Below, piece by piece: positions 44,943-54,968 of a DNA stretch of 57,185 bases (position 1 is the first letter of the stretch; every line of letters begins with the position of its first letter). A program made the position numbers and the translations under genes. The notes below the pieces were generated by a model, which did not search any database, had not been told where the DNA came from, and saw only the letters and a program-made list of their open reading frames with translations. The DNA is from a virus. Its lineage: Duplodnaviria; Caudoviricetes. The DNA lies in the IMG/VR virus record IMGVR_UViG_3300037751_000127, positions 1 to 57,185 of that record; one strand, 5' to 3'.

Positions 44943-46028
44943 GTGAACATCAAGCAGAACCTCATCAACCATGTGGCATTCGTGCTCGACGGCTCGGGCT
45001 CGATGAGGGACCGTAAGCAGGCCGTCATCTCCGTCTTCGACTCGCAGATCGCCTGGCTCGCCCGGCGCTCGAAGGAGATGGATCAGGAAACCCGGGTCAC
45101 CGTGTACGTGTTCGACTCGAAGATCGAATGCGTGATCTTCGACAAGGACGTGCTGCGGCTTCCGTCGATCAAGGACCTGTACTGGGTCCGGGGCAACACG
45201 GCCTTGCGTGACGCGACGATCAAGTCCCAGCAGGATCTGGCGAAGACGTACGCCGAGTACGGCGACCATGCTTTCCTGACGTTCGTCCTCACGGACGGCC
45301 AGGAGAACGCGTCACGGGCATCCTCGTACGAACTGCGGGCACTGCTGGCGGGTCAGGCCGACAACTGGACCCTCGCCGCACTGGTGCCCGACCTCCGCGC
45401 CAAGCTTGACGTCGAATCGTGCGGGTTCTCGAAGGGGAACATTGAGATCTGGGACGTCAATTCGGCTACCGGTGTCGCCGAAGTCGGGGAACGTATCCAG
45501 GCGGTCACGGACACGTACATGGACTCCCGGGCCTCAGGCATCCGTGGCACGAAGACCCTCTTCGCAGGATCTTCTCAGCAGGTCAACGCGCAGACTGTCG
45601 CGGCTTCCGGGCTCAAGGCCCTCGATCCCGACAAGTTCTTCCTGATTCCGGTCGCCTCCGATGGCACGATCGAGGTGAAGCAGGCGGGGAAGAGGCCGAA
45701 ATCACGACCGGACGGGACTCCGTGTGTCGTGATCTCCGACTTCGTCCGCGCTACCGGCAGGCCGTATGAGATCGGCAAGGGCTTCTACGAGCTGGTGAAG
45801 TCGGAGAAGATCGACGCGAACAAGCAGGTCGCTGTCGTCGAACGTGCGACATCGAAGGTGTACGTGGGCCGCGAGGCGCGCAAGCTCATCGGCTTGGATG
45901 ACACCGCTCACCGGGTTCGTCCGATGCCGAAGGATTCCTCGGGTGCACCGCCGTACAAGATCTTCGTGCAGTCGACGTCCCTGAATCGCCTGCTGCCGCT
46001 GCACACGCAGTTGCTGCTGCTGAAGTAG
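44943..46028 (+). CDS. vWA domain protein
   Basis: VAFVLDGSGSM MIDAS; NTALRDA; LTDGQEN. Confidence 0.85.
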   Translation: MNIKQNLINHVAFVLDGSGSMRDRKQAVISVFDSQIAWLARRSKEMDQETRVTVYVFDSKIECVIFDKDVLRLPSIKDLYWVRGNTALRDATIKSQQDLAKTYAEYGDHAFLTFVLTDGQENASRASSYELRALLAGQADNWTLAALVPDLRAKLDVESCGFSKGNIEIWDVNSATGVAEVGERIQAVTDTYMDSRASGIRGTKTLFAGSSQQVNAQTVAASGLKALDPDKFFLIPVASDGTIEVKQAGKRPKSRPDGTPCVVISDFVRATGRPYEIGKGFYELVKSEKIDANKQVAVVERATSKVYVGREARKLIGLDDTAHRVRPMPKDSSGAPPYKIFVQSTSLNRLLPLHTQLLLLK

Positions 46029-46037
46029 GTTGCCGAG

Positions 46038-46253
46038 ATGAAGATCTACAGGGTGACTGTGCGTTCGAAGTCCGGCAAGCTCGTCGATCCTTATCCTCGC
46101 GTCTACAACCGGTCGCAGGGAGTCTCGGCGGTCAAGGGCTACTGGCAGCATGCCGATCGGGCCAAGGGCTATCAGGCATTCCATGCCCCGTACACCGTCG
46201 AGGTCGACACCACGGAGGTGCCCGATGACGCCTGGGTCCGCAAGTGCTGCTGA
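46038..46253 (+). CDS. hypothetical protein
   Basis: Operon packing. Confidence 0.5.
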   Translation: MKIYRVTVRSKSGKLVDPYPRVYNRSQGVSAVKGYWQHADRAKGYQAFHAPYTVEVDTTEVPDDAWVRKCC

Positions 46254-46280
46254 CATGGAGGTGACTCGGTCATAAAGATC

Positions 46281-46529
46281 ATGTACAAGGTGGACATCCT
46301 CCTTGATGACGCCTGGGTTGCGGAACTGGGACCGTACGCAACTCTCAGCTACTGCCGGCAGGTTAGGTCGAAGCTGAAGGCCAAGACATCGGCTCTGGCG
46401 GCGATCGGACTTCCAGTACCGAATCATCTGCTCGCCGGGAGTATTAAGATCAGGATCTCCTCCATGGGGCAAGACCCTGCTACTGGACACTGGGAAACCA
46501 AGTGGACTCAGTTCGAGGGGGACCTGTGA
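46281..46529 (+). CDS. hypothetical protein
   Basis: Operon packing. Confidence 0.5.
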   Translation: MYKVDILLDDAWVAELGPYATLSYCRQVRSKLKAKTSALAAIGLPVPNHLLAGSIKIRISSMGQDPATGHWETKWTQFEGDL

Positions 46530-46855
46530 ACGCCGAGAAGAAGTGCATCGACTACTCGCTGGTACCGATCTTCCTGAAGTGCCGGATGAACCCTTCCGAC
46601 AATGATGCCGACGCGTCCACGGTCAGGGAGTACCTGTCAAAGCTCCTTGCTGAGGTATGGAGGCAGAAGTCGGAGTTCTCGGGCAAGCGACCCTTCGGGG
46701 ATTCAGGCTGGTATCTCGACGTCTATCACGCGCTGCAAGCCGCTGATCTCATGGATGACCCGGATGACCATGACGCTCGGATGGCCGAGCGCGAATGGGC
46801 TGACGCGATCATTCAGGGCTGCATCTGGGAAATGGGGTATCACGATGGTCGATGA
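46526..46855 (+). CDS. hypothetical protein (FSGKRPFGDSGW motif)
   Basis: GTGA coupling; motif-rich. Confidence 0.65.
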   Translation: MNAEKKCIDYSLVPIFLKCRMNPSDNDADASTVREYLSKLLAEVWRQKSEFSGKRPFGDSGWYLDVYHALQAADLMDDPDDHDARMAEREWADAIIQGCIWEMGYHDGR

Positions 46856-47204
46856 CACGATTCCCGGGGTCCTGTACCGCCTGAGCGTCTTCGAGGCAGA
46901 TGGTCGCCCGGTTCCAGGCTTCCCGAAGATCTATTCGACGATGTCACGGTTCAAGGCTGCGATCCGAGCCCAGGAACGCAGCCCTACAGCACCTTCCGGT
47001 CGAACCTGGATCAAGGAGGGCTGTGCTCGCGGACCGTGGCTGAGCCTCGAAGGTCCTGTCGTCGCGGCTGGTGGAGGAATCAACGACTACACGGGAGCTG
47101 AAGACCCGGACTGGCCGGTAGCGCAGATCCTTGACGAGATTCTACAGCCAAGGAAGCTGCCACCGCGAGACAAGTCCTGGCTGGAGACAGAGGGGACCGG
47201 ATGA
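46845..47204 (+). CDS. hypothetical protein
   Basis: Coupled to both neighbours. Confidence 0.5.
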   Translation: MVDDTIPGVLYRLSVFEADGRPVPGFPKIYSTMSRFKAAIRAQERSPTAPSGRTWIKEGCARGPWLSLEGPVVAAGGGINDYTGAEDPDWPVAQILDEILQPRKLPPRDKSWLETEGTG

Positions 47205-48058
47205 CGACCGGGCTGTGCCGTAAGTGCGGGCTGCTGCTCGATTCCTGGCTGACTGATCAGGGTGCTGAGTATCACACGATGCGCTGCTGGCCTGACCATC
47301 TTCCCCTCCCGGAGACGGGGATCACCCCGTATGACATGGAGGTGAAGGAGGAGCTGATCGAGATCATTCAGTGGGCTGATCAGAATTCGGAAAGGTCGAA
47401 GCAGGTCGGTCTCGGCGCTTCCGAGGTGGGCATGGAATGCGCGCGCAGGCTCGCCTATCGGATGGCTTCGATTCCTTCTCTTCATCGTCGCATGGATGGC
47501 TGGCCGGCAATTGTCGGCACGTCCATTCATGCGTGGATGGAGATGGCTGTGAATCGCTTTCAGGAGGCTCATAAGGGTGAGACTCACTGGTTTACGGAGA
47601 TGCAGGTTCTCGCCAATCCGTTGATCAAAGGTCATACGGATTTGTATGAGGCGCGGCGGGGACTGGTTCTGGATTGGAAGTTTCCGTCCACGGACAACCT
47701 AAAAAAGATGATCAAGGAGGGCTGGTCTCAGCAGTACCGTATTCAGGCGCACCTGTACGGCAAAGGGCACGTCAACGCGGGTCGCAAGGTCGAGCGTGTC
47801 GGAGTCATCGCCATCGGACGTCAGGGCTCACTGAAGACGGTGTACTGCAAGACGGAGCCTTATGACGAATCGGTTGCTCAATGGGCTATCGATCGAGTCT
47901 ACAAACTCGGGGACTTCCTGATCAGCAAGGATGTGGCGGCTAATCCTGGCATCTTCGATGAGGTGCCGGCGACGCCGTCAAGGCTGTGCGGGTATTGCCC
48001 GTGGTGGAACAGGAACATGATGTCCGGCGCATCCGATAAGGGATGTCCGGGTGCTTAG
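47201..48058 (+). CDS. Cas4-like PD-(D/E)xK exonuclease
   Basis: GASEVG.EC.R; GTSIH; GHTD..DWK; QAHLYG; C..CPW...C. Confidence 0.85.
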   Translation: MTTGLCRKCGLLLDSWLTDQGAEYHTMRCWPDHLPLPETGITPYDMEVKEELIEIIQWADQNSERSKQVGLGASEVGMECARRLAYRMASIPSLHRRMDGWPAIVGTSIHAWMEMAVNRFQEAHKGETHWFTEMQVLANPLIKGHTDLYEARRGLVLDWKFPSTDNLKKMIKEGWSQQYRIQAHLYGKGHVNAGRKVERVGVIAIGRQGSLKTVYCKTEPYDESVAQWAIDRVYKLGDFLISKDVAANPGIFDEVPATPSRLCGYCPWWNRNMMSGASDKGCPGA

Positions 48059-48107
48059 TGATTCGTTTGGCGAATATGAAGTTAGATCCAAGATTTTCAA
48101 GGGAGCG

Positions 48108-48689
48108 ATGATGGCTGAAGAAGTGATGGATCCGTGGGGCAAGATCATGTCGGAGGGCGGGGGCGGCAAGACCGTCACGTTCAATGACAAGGGAGTCGTG
48201 TTCAAGGGCACCCTGATGGAGGATCCGGTAGAGCGCGAGCAGATCGACCCGGCGACCAAGGAGGTCAAGACCTTCAAGGACGGCAATGTCCGCAAGCAGT
48301 GGGTCTTCAAGTTCCAGACCGATGAGCGTGACCCTTCGGACCCTGAGGACAAGGGTGTCCGGAATCTGTGGGCGAAGCATCAGGCGATCCTGGCGATCCG
48401 GGAGTCTCTGAAGTCTCAGGGCCTGTCGCGAATGCGTATCGGCGGAACTCTGGAGATCGCCTGGACGGGTCAGATCGCTCCGGACCGCCCGGGAGTGCAC
48501 CCGACGAAGACGTTCACTGCCCGCTACACGGAGCCGCCGGCAGGGTTCATGGCTGAGAAGAAGGTCGAGTCGTTCAGCTTCGACACGGCCCCGGTGGCGA
48601 CGAACTCGGCGCAGTCCCCCCTCGACGCCTTGAAGGCGATGCAGTCTTCGGGTCCGCAGCCGGGTGGCGACGAACCTCCGCCGTTCTGA
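48108..48689 (+). CDS. probable single-stranded DNA-binding protein
   Basis: OB-like beta content; acidic-aromatic DEPPPF tail; between nuclease and primase. Confidence 0.65.
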   Translation: MMAEEVMDPWGKIMSEGGGGKTVTFNDKGVVFKGTLMEDPVEREQIDPATKEVKTFKDGNVRKQWVFKFQTDERDPSDPEDKGVRNLWAKHQAILAIRESLKSQGLSRMRIGGTLEIAWTGQIAPDRPGVHPTKTFTARYTEPPAGFMAEKKVESFSFDTAPVATNSAQSPLDALKAMQSSGPQPGGDEPPPF

Positions 48690-49088
48690 TCATGGAGTAC
48701 GTGATCTTCGGTTCGCTGTGCTGCGCGGCCGTCTCGGGTCTGATCTTCTGGGGTGCCTGGACGACATGGGAGGCGCTCAAAGATTTCCAGTGGTGACATA
48801 GTTGAGGCCGAGACGCGGGGACGTCTCGGCCTCAAGGGATCTTCAGCAACGACGAGCGAAGTCAGCCGATGATCACTGCCACTATATACCGTGACCTTCG
48901 GGTTGGTCTTCACTCGCCTGAGCGTCTAGGATCAGATTCTCCGGTCGGTCAGGAAGTTCTGACCGAAAGGTTGATGAAGATCAATATACACACACATTGA
49001 AAAAGGATGTCCAGGCTGGCAGGCCGATCGGACACCCTTAATTCAAGCAACTAGGGCCACGATAACGGCCTAGAACGGGGCGCGCAAC

Positions 49089-51671
49089 TTGATCTCGGAC
49101 AGCCTTCACCTCGAAGCGGCGCTCACCTGGCATGATCAGGGATTCTGTGTCATGCCGGCCCGGTTTGACGGGTCAAAGAGGCCCAGATTCGAGTGGAAAG
49201 AGTTCCAGGGGGCACGCCCCGACAGGGCGTCCGTGATTCGCTGGTACACACAGGAGCCGATGCTCGGGGTGGGCCTGATCTGCGGAAACGTGTCGGGTGA
49301 CCTCGAAATGCTTGAGCTTGAAGGTCGAGCGACGTCATCTGCCGATCTCGACAAGGTCCGCCGCGAATGTGACGCACGTAACATCACGTGGCTGTGGGAT
49401 CTCCTGACACTCGACGGCTACGCCGAATGGACGCCCAGCGGTGGCATCCACCTGCTATATCGGCTCAGCGATCACGAAGTGCCCGGCAACACCAAGATCG
49501 CCATGACGACCGACAAGCTCACACTCGCCGAAACACGAGGTGAAGGCGGCTTCGTCATCGTCGCCCCCACGGCCGGCACAGTGCATCAAAGCGGTGACGC
49601 CTGGAGTCTCGCGGCAGGCCAGCTCGGACGGGTGCCCGTCATCTCATGGCAGGACCGCGAACTACTGCACGCCGCGATCAAGGCAGCCCTCGATGAACGG
49701 ATCCCGTACGCCCCGCCGATCCTCGCCCCACGTCCGATCCGTGAACGCCGAGAAGGCGAGATCACGCCGATGGACGACTTCAACGAGCGAGGCGACTGGT
49801 GGGCGATCCTCTCGAATCGCGGCTGGTCACATGCGGGACAGCAGGGTGGCCAGGAGTTGTGGACTCGCCCCGGCAAGGATCCGCGTCATGGTCACTCGGC
49901 GGCGCTCGGATACAAGGGATCGCCGAACCTGTATGTGTGGTCGGGCATGGATGAGGAGCGGCATTACACGAAGTCGCAGTTTGTCGGATACGCCGACTTC
50001 AACGGCGACTGGGCCGCGACGACGAAGCACCTAGCCCGCGAAGGCTACGGCACTCCGCTGCCCCCCAGGTCCACGCTGACCGTCGAATACCAGCCTTCGG
50101 TATCTGCGGTACCGCTCCTGGAAGCCGTGGCGCAGACTGCCGCTGAAGATACCGAAGCCATGAGACTCCCTGAACCTGAAGCCGCGAAGCCGCGCCCGCG
50201 CATCGAGAAGTGGACCGAGAGTGGTGCGGCACGGTTCGCCGCCAAGATCTACGGCAAAGACTTCATCGAGGTCACCGAGGAGTACAGCGAGCGAGGGTCG
50301 CGAGGTTGGCGCTACTACGCGGACGGGGCATGGAGCGAGGATCTGGAGAAGCGCGTTCGCAAGTCCATGCTGCGCGTCTCCGACCTCATCGAAGCTCAGG
50401 CCGAATCGATCTGTGACCGCGCGCAGCAGGCATACCTGGAATCGGGCACGGATGAGAACAAGAAAGCTGCGCAGAATGCCGGCAAGCTGCTGACGTTCTC
50501 GAAGGGCATGGCATCCGATCGCGGCATCAAGGCCATGACGAACCTGTTCTCCCTGGGTGAGGGGATCACGCGTAGCATCAAGTCCTTCGACGCCAACCCT
50601 GATCTGCTCTGCCTGAACAACGGCACCTTCGACCTGTCGACGATGACCCTGCGTGCCCATGACCGCGATGACCTGCTGACTCGCCGCATGGATGTGACGT
50701 TCAATGCCGACGCGAAGTGTCCGATGTGGGAACAGTCGATGATCGACTGGATTCCGAACGCGGAGATGCGCGCCTACGTTCAGCGGGCACTCGGTTACAC
50801 GCTGCTCGGGAAGGTCGAAGAGGGCGTCTTCTTCGTACCCTGGGGCGAGACCGGCTGCGGGAAGTCGCAGTTCATCGAAACGATCAAGAAGGTCTTCGGG
50901 GACTTCGGCACCACCGCTGAAGCTTCAACGTTCCGCGACAAGGTGTACGGCTCCAGCGACTCGACGAACAACCTTCACGACCTACGTGGACGGCGTTTCG
51001 TGGCATCCTCGGAGACAACGAAGGGCGCGGGTCTCAACGAGGAACTAGTCAAGCGTGCGACAGGCGAGGAGGCGCTGAAGACTCGCGCTCTCTATCAGTC
51101 CAACATCGAATGGACTCCGGAGTTCGTACTGTGGATCGCGACGAACTTCAAGCCGAACCTGAGCGCGGATGACGGCGCTATCTGGCGTCGAGTCAAGCCG
51201 ATCGAGTTCCCGAACAACTTCAGTGAGTCGCAGGACCGCATCAAGGGCCTCGGCAAGAAGATGATGGCGCAGGAGATCTCGGGGATCTTCAACTGGCTGC
51301 TCGAAGGAGCCCGGTCATACCTGAAGATCGGGCTCGCTGAGCCGGCGGCGATGACACAGGCTGTCAAGGACTACCGCGATGAGCAGGATCCGGTAACCCA
51401 GTTCCTCGCCGAGGCCGAGGCTGACGGGAAGATCGAGTTCAGCGAGGATGGCGAGTGCGAGTCCTCGAAGCTGTTCAACGTGTACGTTAACCACTGCCTT
51501 CAGAACAACCTGAAGCCGATCGCCCCCCAGCGCTTCGGTCGAATTCTCAGCGACAAGAAGTACGGCACCCGCAAGGGGACTAACGGTATTCGATGGCGCG
51601 AGGGAATCAACATCATCTGGCTCGCCGATACTGGGGCACCGCCTTCATCGGACTACCCGAGAAGGTTCTAG
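49089..51671 (+). CDS. primase-polymerase / D5-type SF3 helicase
   Basis: Prim-pol motifs (TPSGGIH, ETRGEGGF); Walker A GETGCGKS; WIATNFKP; AIWRR. Confidence 0.92.
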   Translation: MISDSLHLEAALTWHDQGFCVMPARFDGSKRPRFEWKEFQGARPDRASVIRWYTQEPMLGVGLICGNVSGDLEMLELEGRATSSADLDKVRRECDARNITWLWDLLTLDGYAEWTPSGGIHLLYRLSDHEVPGNTKIAMTTDKLTLAETRGEGGFVIVAPTAGTVHQSGDAWSLAAGQLGRVPVISWQDRELLHAAIKAALDERIPYAPPILAPRPIRERREGEITPMDDFNERGDWWAILSNRGWSHAGQQGGQELWTRPGKDPRHGHSAALGYKGSPNLYVWSGMDEERHYTKSQFVGYADFNGDWAATTKHLAREGYGTPLPPRSTLTVEYQPSVSAVPLLEAVAQTAAEDTEAMRLPEPEAAKPRPRIEKWTESGAARFAAKIYGKDFIEVTEEYSERGSRGWRYYADGAWSEDLEKRVRKSMLRVSDLIEAQAESICDRAQQAYLESGTDENKKAAQNAGKLLTFSKGMASDRGIKAMTNLFSLGEGITRSIKSFDANPDLLCLNNGTFDLSTMTLRAHDRDDLLTRRMDVTFNADAKCPMWEQSMIDWIPNAEMRAYVQRALGYTLLGKVEEGVFFVPWGETGCGKSQFIETIKKVFGDFGTTAEASTFRDKVYGSSDSTNNLHDLRGRRFVASSETTKGAGLNEELVKRATGEEALKTRALYQSNIEWTPEFVLWIATNFKPNLSADDGAIWRRVKPIEFPNNFSESQDRIKGLGKKMMAQEISGIFNWLLEGARSYLKIGLAEPAAMTQAVKDYRDEQDPVTQFLAEAEADGKIEFSEDGECESSKLFNVYVNHCLQNNLKPIAPQRFGRILSDKKYGTRKGTNGIRWREGINIIWLADTGAPPSSDYPRRF

Positions 51672-51684
51672 CAAGGAGTCGATC

Positions 51685-51882
51685 ATGAACATTGTTCATC
51701 CGGGGGATCACATCTTTCTCGCCGTCCCGGCATACTCCGAGAAGGTGGAAGGACTGGATCCGCTGGAAGTGAGGATCGGGCGAATGGGTGCAGATCTGCC
51801 GGAAGGCATCATGCTGACCTGGGTACCCATCGGGCCCCGCGACTCGGAGCCTTCTGTCCTCTTTGTGATTCGTCAGCAATAG
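51685..51882 (+). CDS. hypothetical protein
   Basis: AAGGAG RBS. Confidence 0.55.
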   Translation: MNIVHPGDHIFLAVPAYSEKVEGLDPLEVRIGRMGADLPEGIMLTWVPIGPRDSEPSVLFVIRQQ

Positions 51883-51958
51883 ACCTTTTCCTAGCATCCT
51901 AGGACGCTATACTTGACGTGCATCATCGGCCACCCCCCGACGCACTCAAGGAGCCACA

Positions 51959-52291
51959 ATGGCCACCGTTCCACTCGTAGTGTTCCCGGAGGCGGAGCTG
52001 TACCGGGCCGCCATGTATGTCGGAGATAACTCCGCCGACCTGAACGCGCTGATCGACGACTTCACCATCACCGGCGAGACCGCGACGGTTCTGAGCTTCA
52101 CGTCCGCCGGCACCGCTTACTCGGTGCCGCATGACGCCTACATCGTCTACCTCAACGGTGTCGTCACCCACACCTTCCTTAACGAGAATGACCTCCTGGA
52201 CAACTTCGGCGATGTCGCGTCGCCTTCCGCGCACTACCATGAGGTCGTCCTTAAGTCCGGCCCGGCCATCACCAACGGTGCGATGGCGTAA
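51959..52291 (+). CDS. hypothetical protein
   Basis: AAGGAG RBS; upstream TATACT -10 box. Confidence 0.6.
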   Translation: MATVPLVVFPEAELYRAAMYVGDNSADLNALIDDFTITGETATVLSFTSAGTAYSVPHDAYIVYLNGVVTHTFLNENDLLDNFGDVASPSAHYHEVVLKSGPAITNGAMA

Positions 52292-52321
52292 GTCCTAGGT
52301 TCACCTACCAGTGATACGAGT

Positions 52322-52350
52322 TCGGCCCTGAGATTTGATCTCAGGGCCGA
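52322..52350. terminator. hairpin between convergent genes
   Basis: TCGGCCCTGAGAT-TTG-ATCTCAGGGCCGA. Confidence 0.7.
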
Positions 52351-52366
52351 TTCGCATGTCAGGTCG

Positions 52367-53203
52367 TCACTCGACCAACCCAGCCTTGAGGCGTTCCTTG
52401 GCCTGACGACGCAGGGTGCTCTCGTAGTCCTGGATCCGCAGCTTCGCCGTCACCTTGCGATCATGGGACTTCAGAACGATGCCCTCAGGCTGCCCCAGAG
52501 CGCTCGGATCGAGTTTGGCCCCACTCCCGTCCAGGAGGAACTCCCGCATCCAGTCCAAGGCATCCTGAAGGCTCGTGGGGATATCCTCTCCGGCCTGACG
52601 ACGCTCGATGATCGGAGCGCGGACGAGGTTCGCCTCCTGCGAGATCTCTAAGAACCTGTCCCAGCCGACGAACGGCTGATTGCCTCGCTCACGCCAACCC
52701 GCGACGTCTTCACGGCTGTGCGACATCGTCTCCTTGAACAGCTCATCACTGAACTCGATGACGTCGAACAGCCGGTGACCGAAGACAGTCTTGTCCGTCG
52801 AGTAGTGCATGAAGTTCTGGCCGATCCTGCCGCCGTAGACCTCGAAGAAGTAGACGCGGACCTCTTCAATGCCCTGACGGTAGTGGTAGTCGTACAGCTC
52901 CGTGGCAGTACCGGCCAGCTCGGCGACGATGCCAAGCTCCGGGTTGTGTATCCAGTTCTCGGCACACGACAGCAGGTTCTCCCGGGAGCCGATCGCCCAC
53001 GTCCACTGATCCGGCAGGATGACGATCCGGGCGTTCGTGCCGTCGATCTTCTCCGAGATCTGCACCGGCTGATCCCCGAAATCGATGACCGGCTCGGACA
53101 GCATGCCATTCTTCGGGTCGATGATGTGATAGGTCGGGATCGACGGATACTTCGTCGCCGAGTTCAGCCTGGCCTGGAAGTCGCGATCACGCAGATCAAA
53201 CAT
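52367..53203 (-). CDS. ATP-dependent RNA ligase (Rnl2-like)
   Basis: KYPSI; motif I EKIDGTN; FEVYG; LFDV; EGIVLK; AK. Confidence 0.8.
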   Translation of the reverse strand: MFDLRDRDFQARLNSATKYPSIPTYHIIDPKNGMLSEPVIDFGDQPVQISEKIDGTNARIVILPDQWTWAIGSRENLLSCAENWIHNPELGIVAELAGTATELYDYHYRQGIEEVRVYFFEVYGGRIGQNFMHYSTDKTVFGHRLFDVIEFSDELFKETMSHSREDVAGWRERGNQPFVGWDRFLEISQEANLVRAPIIERRQAGEDIPTSLQDALDWMREFLLDGSGAKLDPSALGQPEGIVLKSHDRKVTAKLRIQDYESTLRRQAKERLKAGLVE

Positions 53204-53498
53204 GGCAATCCTCCCTGCTCGTGAGCGCGTACGACAGGTACAGGTTGATGGCGAAGATCGGGGGGATCATCCACTCCCAGGTGTCGCCGGTCATCGCGGA
53301 ACTGATGACGGTCAGCGCGAGGATTGGAAACATGGCGATCCTGCCGACTCGGAAGACGGGGAAGATGATCTTCTTGACGCCACGCCGGACGGGTCGCATC
53401 TTCGCCGTGCTCACCATGATCCAACTGGCATTCCAGGCAATTGACAGAAGCATGCAGGCCAGATGTACGAGTGTCCACTTTTCCATGTCTACCACCAT
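53196..53498 (-). CDS. membrane protein
   Basis: Three hydrophobic segments. Confidence 0.55.
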   Translation of the reverse strand: MVVDMEKWTLVHLACMLLSIAWNASWIMVSTAKMRPVRRGVKKIIFPVFRVGRIAMFPILALTVISSAMTGDTWEWMIPPIFAINLYLSYALTSREDCHV

Positions 53499-54181
53499 CC
53501 CAGTCGCTGGCCCCCAGAGAACCAGATCTTCGCGTACAGCAGCTCCCCGGCAGGGCTCGGATGAACCCCGTCCGTGCTGTTCTCGACGCTCGCCTCAATG
53601 ACACTGAAGTCCGCCATGCCCACATCCCCGTACATTCGTGCAGCCTTTTCGATGATGACGTTGGCCTTCTTCTCGCTACCCGGTAGCCACGCCAGATGTG
53701 GATGCTGCGCAACCCGGGAGATCTGCAACTTGCTGACCATGACCTTGACGCCCATAGCGCGCGAGTACTCGATCATCGACACGTACTGCCCCGAGAAAGC
53801 CTTCACCTGAGCATTCGTGGACACGACATCATTGGTTCCACAGTTGAGCAGCAACATGTCGGGCTTGTTCGTCTTGATGAAATCGCCGACCATCGCCGCC
53901 CACATCGAACACGCACTGCCACCCACGGCGGCAGTGACAAACACGGGCTCGACACCTACCTGCCGCAGTAGTACGGACAGCTCGTCGCGGTAGCTGCTGC
54001 CATCACCGCCGACCGTAATCGAGTCGCAGCACGTCAAGATCTTCATCGTCTTCACGGCGGGCGCGATCACGCTGATCGACGGTAACGCCCCAACGGCCGG
54101 GACATCCTGAGCGTTTGCCTGCGTCGAACACCCGGCCAGGAGCAACACCCCGGCCATCAGTAATACCTGAAACTTCTTCAC
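53489..54181 (-). CDS. SGNH/GDSL-family hydrolase lipoprotein
   Basis: Lipobox LAGC; DSIT, GTND, DGVHP blocks. Confidence 0.85.
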   Translation of the reverse strand: MKKFQVLLMAGVLLLAGCSTQANAQDVPAVGALPSISVIAPAVKTMKILTCCDSITVGGDGSSYRDELSVLLRQVGVEPVFVTAAVGGSACSMWAAMVGDFIKTNKPDMLLLNCGTNDVVSTNAQVKAFSGQYVSMIEYSRAMGVKVMVSKLQISRVAQHPHLAWLPGSEKKANVIIEKAARMYGDVGMADFSVIEASVENSTDGVHPSPAGELLYAKIWFSGGQRLGWW

Positions 54182-54522
54182 TTCGACGTCACCTCTCCGC
54201 GACGCAGCTCTGTGCGCAGCCCTTCATAGTCCACGATCGTGATGTGTGTGTCCGTCCGCGAGATCAGCTTCCTCTTGGCCAGATAGGCGATGAGATGGTT
54301 GACCCGGACGCCGATCTGCTTACGTGTCCCAGTCCCCGCAGCCACCGACTTCAGGTCGGATCGCAGCCACTCTGACGCGATCCCCTTCGTCGACGCCAGG
54401 CATGTCAGGACTTTCAGCTCCGTCCCGAACCAGGCACCACTCCACAGCCCCCCTTTCCACTGCCCTCGCCCTCCTGGCCCCTCGCCCTTCCCATGCCCTT
54501 CACCTACCACATCATCTCTCAT
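54178..54522 (-). CDS. possible winged-helix (Crp-like C-terminus) protein
   Basis: VNHLIAYLAKRKLISRTDTHITIVDYEGL. Confidence 0.45.
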   Translation of the reverse strand: MRDDVVGEGHGKGEGPGGRGQWKGGLWSGAWFGTELKVLTCLASTKGIASEWLRSDLKSVAAGTGTRKQIGVRVNHLIAYLAKRKLISRTDTHITIVDYEGLRTELRRGEVTSK

Positions 54523-54565
54523 GTTCCCAACCATACCATCCTTTCCATGAAAGTCAAGGAACATC
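54449..54565. repeat. 117-bp inverted repeat, copy B
   Basis: Reverse complement of 1-117. Confidence 0.95.
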
Positions 54566-54629
54566 CGAACACTGATCACCGAACATCCGAACGGCCTCCT
54601 CGACCTCCCCGAACACCCGGCACGGAAGG

Positions 54630-54890
54630 AGGGCAGTGGCATCACCGCCCTCAGGGCATCAAAAAAAGTAATGCCACCCCAACGCCACTACCCCCCTGAC
54701 CTGCAAAAGTGGCAGTAGTGGCATTACTTTCCTAAAACTTGGGTTCAAGGTTCAAGAAGATATCCCAGCTACACATCCTTCTACAGGCCCGGCTTTAGGT
54801 GGCATTGCCGCCACTGACGCCACTGATGCCATTATCCCAGCTCAGACATCAGGGCATGGACAAAACGGTAATGCCCTGATGCCACTGCCC
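54630..54890. repeat. cluster of GTGGCA/TGCCAC-type motifs in both orientations (candidate origin iterons)
   Basis: About a dozen GTGGCA, (T/C)GCCAC and TGCC(A/C) copies in non-coding DNA. Confidence 0.55.
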
Positions 54891-54968
54891 CCAGCAAGCC
54901 CCGCCCTTGATCCCAGCCCGCCTTTGACCTTCCAGCACGGCAGAGCTTCATAGCTTCCTAGGATGCTT

